64,000 bases of DNA from contig JBJMLO010000011.1 in assembly GCA_045805265.1 (NCBI GenBank), positions 110,148 through 174,147 on the forward strand, given 5' to 3'. The translations under genes were made by a program, and so were the position numbers. This DNA comes from Actinomycetota bacterium. Its GTDB lineage: Bacteria; Actinomycetota; UBA4738; JACQTL01. Below are positions 26,993-37,915 of the stretch, in pieces (the first letter of the stretch is position 1; every line of letters starts with the position of its first letter). A model generated the notes under the pieces. That model was not told where the DNA came from. It ran no database searches and worked only from the letters and a program-made list of their open reading frames with translations.

Positions 26993-27151
26993 TCATGAGG
27001 ACGGGTAGGGGACGGCCACGACGGCCAGCTCCTCGATGCCAGCGAAGTCGTCCGGGTTGCACGTGAACAAGGGCAACTCGTTGGGCAGCGCCGTGGCGGC
27101 GATCATTGCGTCACCGCCGCTCACGGGCGGGGATCCACCGAGCCATCGAGG
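26993..27151 (-). pseudogene. vapC: vapC (PIN-domain toxin) 3' remnant: only the C-terminal 45-50 codons remain
   Basis: Reverse-strand translation ...AMIAATALPNELPLFTCNPDDFAGIEELAVVAVPYPSS* matches the conserved C-terminal block of VapC PIN toxins (A.A..LPL.T.NP.DF.....L.VV). The frame opens only at 27151, so about 90 N-terminal codons including the catalytic Asp residues are absent. Confidence 0.5.
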
Positions 27152-27353
27152 TCACGGCGCAGCACGGAGGGATCGACGTGGGGGAGCCGTCGCCACCGCT
27201 CGAGCACGGAACTCGTCAGCGCCTCGGCCCGGAGCGGTCGTACCTCGGCACGGGCACGCCCGACCTGGTAATCGTCACCCGCTCGCCGCGCGCCACGCGA
27301 TCGACCACCTCGCCAGCCTTTTCCCTCAGCTCTCGGATGGTGACGTTCGCCAT
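27121..27353 (-). pseudogene. vapB: Phd/YefM-family (VapB-type) antitoxin, apparently frameshifted
   Basis: ATG at 27353. MANVTIRELREKAGEVVDRVARGERVTITRSGVPV is a classic Phd/YefM N-terminus; this frame stops at 27216 after about 45 codons. The plausible continuation AEVRPLRAEALTSSVLERWRRL...DPRP* (stop at 27121) lies in another reading frame, implying a 1-nt indel near 27250. Confidence 0.5.
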
Positions 27354-27392
27354 TTCTCACTTGGTATCACACGAGGGACATGGCTCGGGAAC

Positions 27393-28265
27393 CTACAGCC
27401 CGGCGATCTTCGGGATCACCTCGCGGCCGACGATCTCGATCGGCTCGATGTACTGAATGCCCCGCATCCCGCCGATGGCGCCCTGCGCGCCCGCCTCGGC
27501 CAGCCTGCCGAGCTCGTCGATCATCTGCGGGACCCTGACGCCGTCCCGGCCTGGGTCGAGGCGGCAGTAGGCGGTCTTCCAGATCCCGTCGTAGTCGCGG
27601 TCCTCCCGCTCGCAGTGCTCCCGGAGCACCGCGAGCTTGTGCCGGACCGTCGCCGCGTCGCCGAACAGGTTGCACGCGTCGGCGTACCGCGCCACCAGCC
27701 GGAGCGTCACCTTCTCGCCGCCCCCGCCGATCAAGATCTTCGGCCGGGGCTGCTGGAGGGCCTGGGGTTCGTTCAGGGTCTGCGCGAGCCGATAGTGCTT
27801 CCCCTCGAACGCGCCCTCGTCCTCGCTCCACATCTGCAGGGTGATGCGCAGCGTCTCCTCGAGGCGCTCGAAGCGCTCCTTCACGGGCGGGAACGGCACG
27901 CCGAGGCCCTCGTGCTCGTGCTGGTTCCAGGCGGCGCCGATGCCGAACCACGCCCGGCCGCCGGACAGCACGTCCAGCGTCGTGACGGTCTTGGCCAATA
28001 TGCCGGGGTGCCGGTAGGTGACGCCCGTGACCAGCGTGCCGAGGCCGAGGCGCGACGTGACGCCGGCCAGGAACCCGAGCGCCGTGTACGCCTCGAGCAT
28101 CGGCTGGCGCACGTCGCCGACCCCAGGGATCTGGAAGAAGTGGTCCATCACCCACATCGAGTGGAATCCCGAGTCGTCCGCGGCCCGGCCGATGCGGGCG
28201 AGGGTGGGACCGATGTCGGAGTCCTCGCCCCACGTGAACGACGGGACCTGCAGCCCGATCTCCAT
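27393..28265 (-). CDS. LLM-class (luciferase-like) F420/flavin-dependent oxidoreductase (paralog of 26122-26991)
   Basis: 290 aa; GFHSMWVMDHFFQIPG and LSGGRAWFGIGAAWNQHEHEGLG. Confidence 0.8.
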   Translation of the reverse strand: MEIGLQVPSFTWGEDSDIGPTLARIGRAADDSGFHSMWVMDHFFQIPGVGDVRQPMLEAYTALGFLAGVTSRLGLGTLVTGVTYRHPGILAKTVTTLDVLSGGRAWFGIGAAWNQHEHEGLGVPFPPVKERFERLEETLRITLQMWSEDEGAFEGKHYRLAQTLNEPQALQQPRPKILIGGGGEKVTLRLVARYADACNLFGDAATVRHKLAVLREHCEREDRDYDGIWKTAYCRLDPGRDGVRVPQMIDELGRLAEAGAQGAIGGMRGIQYIEPIEIVGREVIPKIAGL

Positions 28266-28407
28266 GCTGGTTCGCTCCTGTCGCGATCACGGCGGGCGCC
28301 TGCGACACCCTACGACCGTTGGGGGAACGCCGAACGCGCCGGCTGCCCGCGGAAAGGTGCCGCGCGCGCCCGCGTTGGAGGGCGACGGGCGCGCGCGGAC
28401 GTCGGCC

Positions 28408-28929
28408 TCAGGCCCCGGTGATCGGACCCTCCGCCCGGACCTTCTGGACAGCGACCAGCGCCTGCTGGAGGTCCTTCAACCACTCGCCCTGCTTCTCCGC
28501 GACGAGCTTCACGCACCAGGCCAGCGCGTGGCTCCTGCTGCGGGCCACGCCCGCGTCGACGAGCGTGTCGAGGACGTCGCGCTCCGGCATCCGCAGGCGG
28601 GTCATCACGGGGACCGACAGCGTGGTGAACAGCTGCCGCTCCCCGCCGATCTCGACGCCCCACGCGACCTTGCGGCCGTAGCGCCGCTCGGCCTCCCGGG
28701 CGATGCGCATGCGCTGCTCCCGGGTGTCCTCCCGGAACTGCTTCACGCGCCCCTCGCGCGCCGCCTCCGTCGCCGCCTCGCTGGCGCCCTCGCCCGCCTC
28801 GGCGTCGGCGAGCGTCCCGACCACGAGGATCTCCTCCCGGTCGTAGCTCACCTCCGGCGCCCCGGTGAACCACCCGTCGGGGATCCGCCCCGCGAACCAC
28901 CCGCTCAGCTTGTCGTCCTTCTCGGCCAT
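28408..28929 (-). CDS. hypothetical protein (173 aa)
   Basis: Clean ORF with balanced composition; ATG at 28929 preceded by GAGGAGG. No family recognised. Confidence 0.5.
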   Translation of the reverse strand: MAEKDDKLSGWFAGRIPDGWFTGAPEVSYDREEILVVGTLADAEAGEGASEAATEAAREGRVKQFREDTREQRMRIAREAERRYGRKVAWGVEIGGERQLFTTLSVPVMTRLRMPERDVLDTLVDAGVARSRSHALAWCVKLVAEKQGEWLKDLQQALVAVQKVRAEGPITGA

Positions 28930-29110
28930 CCGTGTGCCTCCTCGGTCTCTGCGTGATTACGAGATTACACCATTTCTCAACCGCGAGAGGAGTCGCCCGG
29001 GTTGCCGGAGCGTGGCCCGCATGCACACGGGCTGTTGACATCTCGATGGAAGGCTAGACGCGTCATCCGCTGGACGACGCCTGACCCTCAGCGAGCGCGT
29101 CCGCGAGGCC

Positions 29111-31720
<2,610 letters not shown>

Positions 31721-31765
31721 GTGGTCGTGGTTCCTCGTGTCGTCGGTTGCGTTCGGATCGCTCGT

Positions 31766-32362
31766 CTAGCCGGTGGTTGTCGTCGCGGCGGCGGCGGCGG
31801 CGGCCTCGCGTTCGCGGAGCCCCGACCAGTCGTCCTTCGTGATGGCGTACAGCGCGTAGTCCCGACGGCCGTCCCCGACCGGCATGTACGACCGGAGCGC
31901 GCCCTCCATTCGGAAGCCGCACCGCTCCGCGACGGTGCGCATCGCGGCATTCTCCAGATCGGTGGAGAGCGCGATGCGCTGGGCGTCCTCGTCGGCGAAC
32001 AGCCGGTCGCACAGCAGGGTCAGGGCCTCACGCCCGTACCCGCGGCCCCGATCGGCCCGGGAGAACAGCGTGATGCCGACCTCCCACACGCCCGGGGGCA
32101 GGGCCCACTTCGGGTGGCGGGCGTCGATCTCGCCGATGAGCCGGCCGTCGGCCTCGACCGCGAGGTCGATGCGGCCGTCGGACAACGAGCCCCCGGCCTC
32201 GACCCGCCGTCGGAGCTCGTGCCGGGGGGGCGGGCCGAGTGGCAGCCAGTCCCGGGCGTCGTCGGAGGCCATCGCCGACTCCATCGCGTCGATCTCCGCG
32301 GCCCGATACGGGCGCAGGACCACGTACCGGCCGCGCCGGACCACCCGCCCGGTCGCCCTCAC
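31766..32362 (-). CDS. GNAT family N-acetyltransferase (RimJ/RimL-like)
   Basis: GTG at 32362 overlaps the hspR TGA (GTGA). Acetyl-CoA motif [17 protein letters not shown]; 198 aa. The long ORF 31766-33958 in the track is a read-through artefact. Confidence 0.7.
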   Translation of the reverse strand: MRATGRVVRRGRYVVLRPYRAAEIDAMESAMASDDARDWLPLGPPPRHELRRRVEAGGSLSDGRIDLAVEADGRLIGEIDARHPKWALPPGVWEVGITLFSRADRGRGYGREALTLLCDRLFADEDAQRIALSTDLENAAMRTVAERCGFRMEGALRSYMPVGDGRRDYALYAITKDDWSGLREREAAAAAAATTTTG

Positions 32363-32823
32363 TTGTTCCCCCACGGCAGCGGCCGGTACGCCGAGCGGAG
32401 CACGAGCGCCCGCGCGTCCCGATCCCGCTCCGCGCGGCGGCGGGCGGCCTCCTCGGCCTCCACCCGGGCCCGCTCCGCCGCCTCCCGCACCCGACGGCGC
32501 TGGCGCTGCCTCTCGTTCGACAGCTCCTCGACGGTGCGCCGCAGCTCGTCGAGCTGGCGCTCCATCTCCACGATCATCTTCACGCCGGCCAGGTTGATGC
32601 CGTGCTCCTGCGTGAGCTCCTGGATGGAACGGAGGCGCTCGATGTCGCGCTCCGAGTACCGCCGCGTGTTGCCGGCGGTCCGCGACGGACGCAGCAGGCC
32701 CTTCCGCTCGTAGATGCGAAGCGTCTGCGGGTGGACCCCGGCGAGCTCGGCGGCCACGCTGATGATGTAGACCCCCCGCTCCTCCGGTTCCCGCTGCTCG
32801 TTCGCCACGACTCCTCCTTCCAC
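32359..32823 (-). CDS. hspR: heat-shock repressor HspR (MerR family)
   Basis: MerR-type helix-turn-helix ([38 protein letters not shown]) and position directly after dnaJ. Confidence 0.85.
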   Translation of the reverse strand: MEGGVVANEQREPEERGVYIISVAAELAGVHPQTLRIYERKGLLRPSRTAGNTRRYSERDIERLRSIQELTQEHGINLAGVKMIVEMERQLDELRRTVEELSNERQRQRRRVREAAERARVEAEEAARRRAERDRDARALVLRSAYRPLPWGNK

Positions 32824-33981
32824 CTACTGCACGCCCAGCGGTCGCCGCGGCGACTCCCGCTCGGTCTCCTGGAACCGGCGCAGCAGGTCCTTCTGCTCGC
32901 GCGACAGCTTGTGCGGCACGTCGACCTTCACGGTCACGAGGAGGTCGCCGCTTCCGGACCGGGCCGGGGCGCCCTTGCCCCGGACCCGGAACGTCTTGCC
33001 AGACGGCGTTCCGCCCGGGACCTTCAGCGTGACCGGGCCGTTCAGCGTCGGGACCTCGACGTTCGCCCCGAGGGCCGCCTCCGAGAACGTGACGGGCAGC
33101 TCCACCAGCAGGTCGCTCCCCTTTCGACGGAACACCCGGTGGGGCTGCACCCGCACGACCACGTACAGGTCGCCGGGCCGTCCGCCCATCCTGGGCGCCT
33201 CCCCCCGCCCCGCGAGCCGGATCCGGGCGCCGTCCTTCACGCCCGCCGGCACCTTGACCTGAAACTCGCGCGTCGCCTGGACGTGGCCGGAGCCGCGGCA
33301 CGTGTGGCAGGGGTGCTCGATCACCGTGCCCGAGCCGGCGCACCGCGGGCAGGTCTGAGCCATCTGGAACGGACCCTGGTTCACCGAGACCTGGCCGGAG
33401 CCGCCGCACTGGGGACACGTGATCGGGGTAGTACCCGGCTCGGCGCCGATGCCCCCGCACGTCGTGCACAGCGCGGCGCCCCGGATCTTGATCGGGACGT
33501 TCGCGCCCTCCATGGCCTGCTCGAACGACACCCGGACCTCGGTCTCGAGGTCGGGGCCGCGCGCCGCGGCCTGACGCCTGGCACCGCGGCCCCGGCCGGC
33601 GCCGCCCATCCCGCCGAAGAGGCCGCCGAACAGGTCGCCGAGGTCGCCGAGGTCCTCCACGCGGACGCGGGCCCCGCCGGGGAACCCACCGAACCCGCCT
33701 CCCCCGCCGCCGGTGCCGCCGAAGAACCCGCCGGAGCCGACCGCGTCGCGCACTTGGTCGTACTGCTTGCGCTTCTCCGCGTCGCCGACGACGTCGTAGG
33801 CCGAGGACACGTCCTTGAACCTCGCCTCGGCCTCGGCGTTCCCGGGATTGGCGTCGGGATGGTGCTGTTGCGCGAGCTTGCGGTACGCCTTCTTGATGTC
33901 CGCCTGGCCGGCGTTCTTGGGCACCCCGAGGACCTGGTAATAGTCCTTCTCGAGCCACTCGCGACGGACGTCGCCGTTCAC
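32824..33981 (-). CDS. dnaJ: molecular chaperone DnaJ
   Basis: J-domain with HPD (DYYQVLGVP...HHPDAN), G/F-rich region, four CxxCxGxG zinc-finger repeats. Confidence 0.9.
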   Translation of the reverse strand: MNGDVRREWLEKDYYQVLGVPKNAGQADIKKAYRKLAQQHHPDANPGNAEAEARFKDVSSAYDVVGDAEKRKQYDQVRDAVGSGGFFGGTGGGGGGFGGFPGGARVRVEDLGDLGDLFGGLFGGMGGAGRGRGARRQAAARGPDLETEVRVSFEQAMEGANVPIKIRGAALCTTCGGIGAEPGTTPITCPQCGGSGQVSVNQGPFQMAQTCPRCAGSGTVIEHPCHTCRGSGHVQATREFQVKVPAGVKDGARIRLAGRGEAPRMGGRPGDLYVVVRVQPHRVFRRKGSDLLVELPVTFSEAALGANVEVPTLNGPVTLKVPGGTPSGKTFRVRGKGAPARSGSGDLLVTVKVDVPHKLSREQKDLLRRFQETERESPRRPLGVQ

Positions 33982-33988
33982 CGGGGCC

Positions 33989-34738
33989 TCACTTCCTCGT
34001 CACGCGGACGCCGGCAGGGCGCAGGACCCGCCCCTTCAGGGTGTAGCCCTGGCGGAACACGTCCTCGACGACGAGCTCGCCGTCCCCCTCCCCCTCGGCG
34101 TGCATGAGCGCCTCGTGCTGCTCGGGGTCGAACGTCTTGCCATCGGCATCGATTCGCTGCAGGCCCTCGGCCTCGAGGATGTCGCGCAGCTTCGCGTAGA
34201 CCAGCTCGACGCCGCGCAGGAACTGCTCGAGGTCGGGGGTCCGCTCCGCGGCCATCAGGGCGAGGTCGAACTCGTCGAGGACCTCCAAGAGGCGGCGCAT
34301 GATCGGCTCCGACGCTCGCTCCAGGGTGCTCGTCTGCTCCCGGATGGTCCGCTTGCGGAAGTTGTCGAACTCCGCCTGGAGGCGCTGGAGGTGGTCGCGG
34401 TACTCGGCAGCTTCTGTTTGAGCGCGGTCCAAATCGGTCGCCTCGGCGGGGTGGCCGGGGTCGACGCCGGTGCCGGGGGGCGCTTCGCTCCTGCGACCTT
34501 CGGTCGCAGAGGTGCCAAGGCCCCCGGCACCGTCGCCGGCCCCGTCCATGCTCGCGGTCTCAGCCGTGTGCCTCGCAGAACCTGAACCCGCCGACGTCGG
34601 GTCGGCTTGGTCAGCGTCTTCGGGGCGGACTCGGCGCTTGTCGGTTACTCGGACCTTGGGGCGGGGACCGTCGGTCCCGAAACCGGGCGCGTCCGAGCGA
34701 TCCTGCTTGTTGGTACCGCGGGGGTCGTGGTCTGGCAT
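33989..34738 (-). CDS. grpE: nucleotide exchange factor GrpE
   Basis: C-terminal GrpE domain ([19 protein letters not shown]...EALMHAEGE). Confidence 0.9.
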   Translation of the reverse strand: MPDHDPRGTNKQDRSDAPGFGTDGPRPKVRVTDKRRVRPEDADQADPTSAGSGSARHTAETASMDGAGDGAGGLGTSATEGRRSEAPPGTGVDPGHPAEATDLDRAQTEAAEYRDHLQRLQAEFDNFRKRTIREQTSTLERASEPIMRRLLEVLDEFDLALMAAERTPDLEQFLRGVELVYAKLRDILEAEGLQRIDADGKTFDPEQHEALMHAEGEGDGELVVEDVFRQGYTLKGRVLRPAGVRVTRK

Positions 34739-36646
34739 CTAGGACGCTTCTCCTTCGTCCACGATCTCGCCCTCGACGACGTCGTCCGGGGACTCGGTGC
34801 CGCCGGTCGAACCGCCGGCCGCGGCCTCACCACCGCCGGCGGGCCCGGCGCCGCCCGCTGCGGCCTGCTGGCCCTGGGACGCCTGCTGGGCCTGCTGCAT
34901 CGCGGGACCCACCTTCTGGAAGGCCTCCATCAGCCGGTCCGCGGCGGCCTTGATGGCCTCGGGGTCGTCGCCCTTGAGGGCCTCCTTCACCTCGTCGTTG
35001 GCCTTGACGAGGTGGTCCTTCTCACCCTGCGGGATCTTGTCCCCGTATTCGCCGACCGCCTGGTCCACCCGGTAGGACAGGTTGTCGGCGTCGTTCCGGG
35101 CCTCGGCGGCCTCGCGCCGCTTGCGGTCCTCGTCCGCGAACTTCTCCGCCTCGACGACCATCCGGTCGATGTCCTCCTTGCCGAGCGCGGTGCCGCCCGT
35201 GATCGTCATGGCCTGCTCCTTGCCGGTGGCGAGGTCCTTTGCCGAGACGTTCACGATGCCGTTGGCGTCGATGTCGAACGCGACCTCGATCTGGGGGACG
35301 CCGCGCGGCGCGGGCGGGATGCCCATCAACTGGAACTGCCCCAGCGAGCGGACGCCCGGCGAGTGAACCGTCTGGGCCTCGCCCTGCAGGATGTGGATCT
35401 CGACCTGCATCTGGTTGTCGTCCGCGGTGGTGAACACCTCGCTCTTGCGCGTGGGGATCGTGGTGTTGCGCTCGATGAGCCGGGTGAAGATGCCGCCCTT
35501 GGTCTCGACGCCGAGCGTCAGCGGCGTGACGTCGAGGAGCAGGATGTCCTTCACGTCGCCCTTCAGCACGCCGGCCTGGATGGCGGCGCCGACGGCGACG
35601 ACCTCGTCCGGGTTCACGCCCTTGTGGGGCTCCTTGCCTCCCGTGAGCTGCTTGACGAGGTCGAGGGTCATCGGCATGCGGGTCGAGCCGCCCACCAGGA
35701 TCACGTGGTCGATCTCGGATGGGTCCTTGCCCCAGTCCTTCACGGCCTGCTGGAACGGGCCCTTGCACCGGTCGATGAGGTCGGACGTCATGCGCTCGAA
35801 CTCGGCGCGGGTGAGCTTGGCCTCCAGGTGCAGCGGCGACATCGAGCCGTCGTCGGACTTCGTCGCGGTGACGAAGGGCAGGTTGATCGTGGTCTCGGTG
35901 ACCTGGGACAGCTCGATCTTGGCCTTCTCCGCGGCCTCCTTCAGGCGCTGCATGGCCATTCGGTCGGCGGAGATGTCGACCCCGTTCGCCTTCTTGAACT
36001 CCGCGACCATCCAGTCGATGACGCGCTGGTCCCAGTCGTCGCCGCCCAGGTGGGTGTCCCCGTGGGTGGACTTGACCTCGAACACGCCCTCCCCGATCTC
36101 GAGCAGGGACACGTCGAAGGTGCCGCCGCCGAGGTCGAACACCAGGACGGTCTGGTCCTTGCCGCCCTTGTCCAGCCCGTAGGCCAGCGCGGCGGCGGTG
36201 GGCTCGTTGATGATCCGGAGCACCTCGAGCCCCGCGATCTGCCCGGCCTCCTTGGTGGCCTGGCGCTGCGAGTCGTCGAAGTACGCCGGGACCGTGACCA
36301 CGGCCTGGGTCACCTTGTCGCCGAGGTAGGACTCGGCGTCACGCTTCAGCTTGCCGAGGATCTGGGCCGAGATCTCCTGCGGCGTCCACTTCTTGCCGTC
36401 GACGTCGAGCGACCAGTCCTTCTCCCCCATGTGACGCTTGATGGACCGCACCGTGCGGTCGGGGTTCGTGATGGCCTGGCGCTTGGCGACCTCGCCGACC
36501 AGGATCTCGCCGTTCTTCGAGTAGCCGACGACGCTGGGGGTGGTCCGGGACCCCTCCGAGTTGGGGACGACCGTCGGCTCCCCACCCTCCAGCACCGCGA
36601 CCACGGAGTTCGTGGTGCCGAGGTCGATTCCCACTGCTCGTGCCAT
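34739..36646 (-). CDS. dnaK: molecular chaperone DnaK (Hsp70)
   Basis: ATG at 36646 ([18 protein letters not shown]...) preceded by GGGAGGAA. The ORF-track start at 36664 (MGRNDHM...) is an upstream in-frame ATG overlapping the RBS and was rejected. Confidence 0.95.
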   Translation of the reverse strand: MARAVGIDLGTTNSVVAVLEGGEPTVVPNSEGSRTTPSVVGYSKNGEILVGEVAKRQAITNPDRTVRSIKRHMGEKDWSLDVDGKKWTPQEISAQILGKLKRDAESYLGDKVTQAVVTVPAYFDDSQRQATKEAGQIAGLEVLRIINEPTAAALAYGLDKGGKDQTVLVFDLGGGTFDVSLLEIGEGVFEVKSTHGDTHLGGDDWDQRVIDWMVAEFKKANGVDISADRMAMQRLKEAAEKAKIELSQVTETTINLPFVTATKSDDGSMSPLHLEAKLTRAEFERMTSDLIDRCKGPFQQAVKDWGKDPSEIDHVILVGGSTRMPMTLDLVKQLTGGKEPHKGVNPDEVVAVGAAIQAGVLKGDVKDILLLDVTPLTLGVETKGGIFTRLIERNTTIPTRKSEVFTTADDNQMQVEIHILQGEAQTVHSPGVRSLGQFQLMGIPPAPRGVPQIEVAFDIDANGIVNVSAKDLATGKEQAMTITGGTALGKEDIDRMVVEAEKFADEDRKRREAAEARNDADNLSYRVDQAVGEYGDKIPQGEKDHLVKANDEVKEALKGDDPEAIKAAADRLMEAFQKVGPAMQQAQQASQGQQAAAGGAGPAGGGEAAAGGSTGGTESPDDVVEGEIVDEGEAS

Positions 36647-36685
36647 GTGATCGTTCCTCCCCATTCAGGAAACTTGACAATGCCG

Positions 36686-36714
36686 ATATTAGGAACGGCT
36701 CCGGCCCGTGTCAA
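36686..36714 (-). promoter_or_regulatory. sigma-70-type promoter for dnaK operon: -35 TTGACA, 17-nt spacer, -10 TAATAT (minus-strand orientation)
   Basis: Read directly: reverse complement of 36686-36714 is TTGACAcgggccggagccgttccTAATAT; the -10 lies 40 nt upstream of the dnaK ATG. Confidence 0.45.
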
Positions 36715-36729
36715 TCCCGCGGCGCCGAA

Positions 36730-36750
36730 GTTGAGTACATTGTTGTCAAC
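36730..36750. promoter_or_regulatory. HAIR-like inverted repeat (putative HspR operator)
   Basis: In gene orientation GTTGACA-acaatgt-ACTCAAC: 7-nt arms, 7-nt spacer, resembling the HspR-associated inverted repeat consensus CTTGAGT-N7-ACTCAAG (right arm 6/7, left arm 5/7). A weaker second repeat overlaps the -10 at about 36673-36693. Confidence 0.4.
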
Positions 36751-36825
36751 ATCGCCGCACTCCCGTGTGTTCCTGCTCCGGCAACTTTCTGCCGGGAACG
36801 TGGGCGGGGTCGCAGAATCAGGTCG

Positions 36826-37827
36826 ATGAGGGTCCTTCGGCGACCAGCGATCCGGGCTCTGGCCGTCGTCATGTCCTGCTCGGCCGCCTTGCTCTCCGCC
36901 TGCACCGGCCGGGGGGACGGCGCATCGACCTCCCACCGCGAACCCGATCGGGCATCTTCCGCCTCCTCCCCGGAGTCGCCGGCGCCGCCGTCGCCGAGCG
37001 GAGGGTCCCCTGAGAGCCCGTCCCCTACCGCGAGCTCGCCGGCGATGAGCGAGTTCGTCCCGGCCGCCTCCCGAGCCATCCCGCGTTCGGCGGGTGAGCT
37101 GGCGGAGGCCCTGGCGAGGACGAACCGGTCGCTCAGGGCGGCGATCGGACGGTGGGTGGCCGGCGGCGAGCCGTCGCCTCCCCGGCCGCCGGGGGACGTC
37201 GTCCTGCTGTCGCTGTACCAGCAGCGCATCTACCGCCTGCTGGCCCGGGACGACGTGCTGGCCCGGCGAACCCTTCCGCTCCTGCCACCCGGCGTGGCGG
37301 GCCCCGCGGCGGCGAACATCGGCGCGGCGCGCGAGCTGTTCACCCTGATCTCCCCGGTTCGCACGGGATTCGTCCTGCACGTCCAGCGCCCCGCGCCGCC
37401 GGGACGCCTGCTCGGTTTCTTCCACGAGGCGGAGCGCCGGTTCGGCGTGGACTGGCAGCTCCTGGCCGCCGTGATGCTGGTGGAGTCCAAGTTCGGCCGG
37501 ACGCGATCGGCCAGCACGGCCGGCGCCCAGGGGCCGATGCAGTTCGTCCCCTCGACCTGGGCCGCCTACGGGCTGGGCGGTGACGTCCACGATCCGCACG
37601 ACGCCATCCTGGGCGCTGCGAACTACCTGCACGCCTCGGGCGCCCCGCAGGCCGAGCGCAGGGCGCTGTTCGCCTACAACCATGCCGCTGCGTACGTGGA
37701 CGCGGTGGAGACGTACGCGGACGAGATGCGCCGGGACCCCCGTGCCTACTTCGCCTACTACAACTGGCAGGTGTTCCTCGTCACCGTGGCCGGCGATCGG
37801 CGCCTGACCGGCCCCGGACGCTCCTGA
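36826..37827 (+). CDS. lytic transglycosylase (SLT domain) lipoprotein
   Basis: ATG at 36826. Lipoprotein signal peptide with lipobox LLSAC. C-terminal SLT catalytic region (LLAAVMLVESKFGRTRSASTAGAQGPMQFVPSTWAAYG) with catalytic Glu in the ES motif. Confidence 0.7.
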   Translation: MRVLRRPAIRALAVVMSCSAALLSACTGRGDGASTSHREPDRASSASSPESPAPPSPSGGSPESPSPTASSPAMSEFVPAASRAIPRSAGELAEALARTNRSLRAAIGRWVAGGEPSPPRPPGDVVLLSLYQQRIYRLLARDDVLARRTLPLLPPGVAGPAAANIGAARELFTLISPVRTGFVLHVQRPAPPGRLLGFFHEAERRFGVDWQLLAAVMLVESKFGRTRSASTAGAQGPMQFVPSTWAAYGLGGDVHDPHDAILGAANYLHASGAPQAERRALFAYNHAAAYVDAVETYADEMRRDPRAYFAYYNWQVFLVTVAGDRRLTGPGRS

Positions 37828-37915
37828 CCTGGGTGTGGCGGAACCTACCCGTGGGTAGGATGCGGCTCGGATCGAGACGGACCTAGACTCGACCGACCAA
37901 GCCAAGGAGACGCCT

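Noticed and set aside
31721-31765. HAIR operator directly upstream of clpB
   Set aside because: No CTTGAGT-N7-ACTCAAG-like inverted repeat is present in the 45-bp gap or within the last 200 bp of the GNAT gene.
31766-33958. 730-aa minus-strand ORF spanning GNAT, hspR and dnaJ regions
   Set aside because: Read-through in an alternative frame over hspR and dnaJ. The real genes are in the other frames and have clear family signatures; only the 3' 198 codons (GNAT) were kept.
36673-36693. CTTGACA-atgccga-TATTAG on the plus strand as a promoter for the SLT lipoprotein gene
   Set aside because: The spacer between the TTGACA-like and TATTAG-like hexamers is only 7 nt, incompatible with a sigma-70 promoter. 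The element is better explained as part of the dnaK-strand HAIR-like operator overlapping the -10.
36665-36825. Possible c-di-AMP (ydaO-type) riboswitch upstream of the cell-wall hydrolase gene, as seen upstream of rpf genes in actinomycetes
   Set aside because: I cannot find the paired conserved ACGGGGA/CCGA-type cores or the pseudo-twofold symmetry by eye. The region is already accounted for by the divergent dnaK promoter. A covariance-model scan (Rfam RF00379) would settle it.
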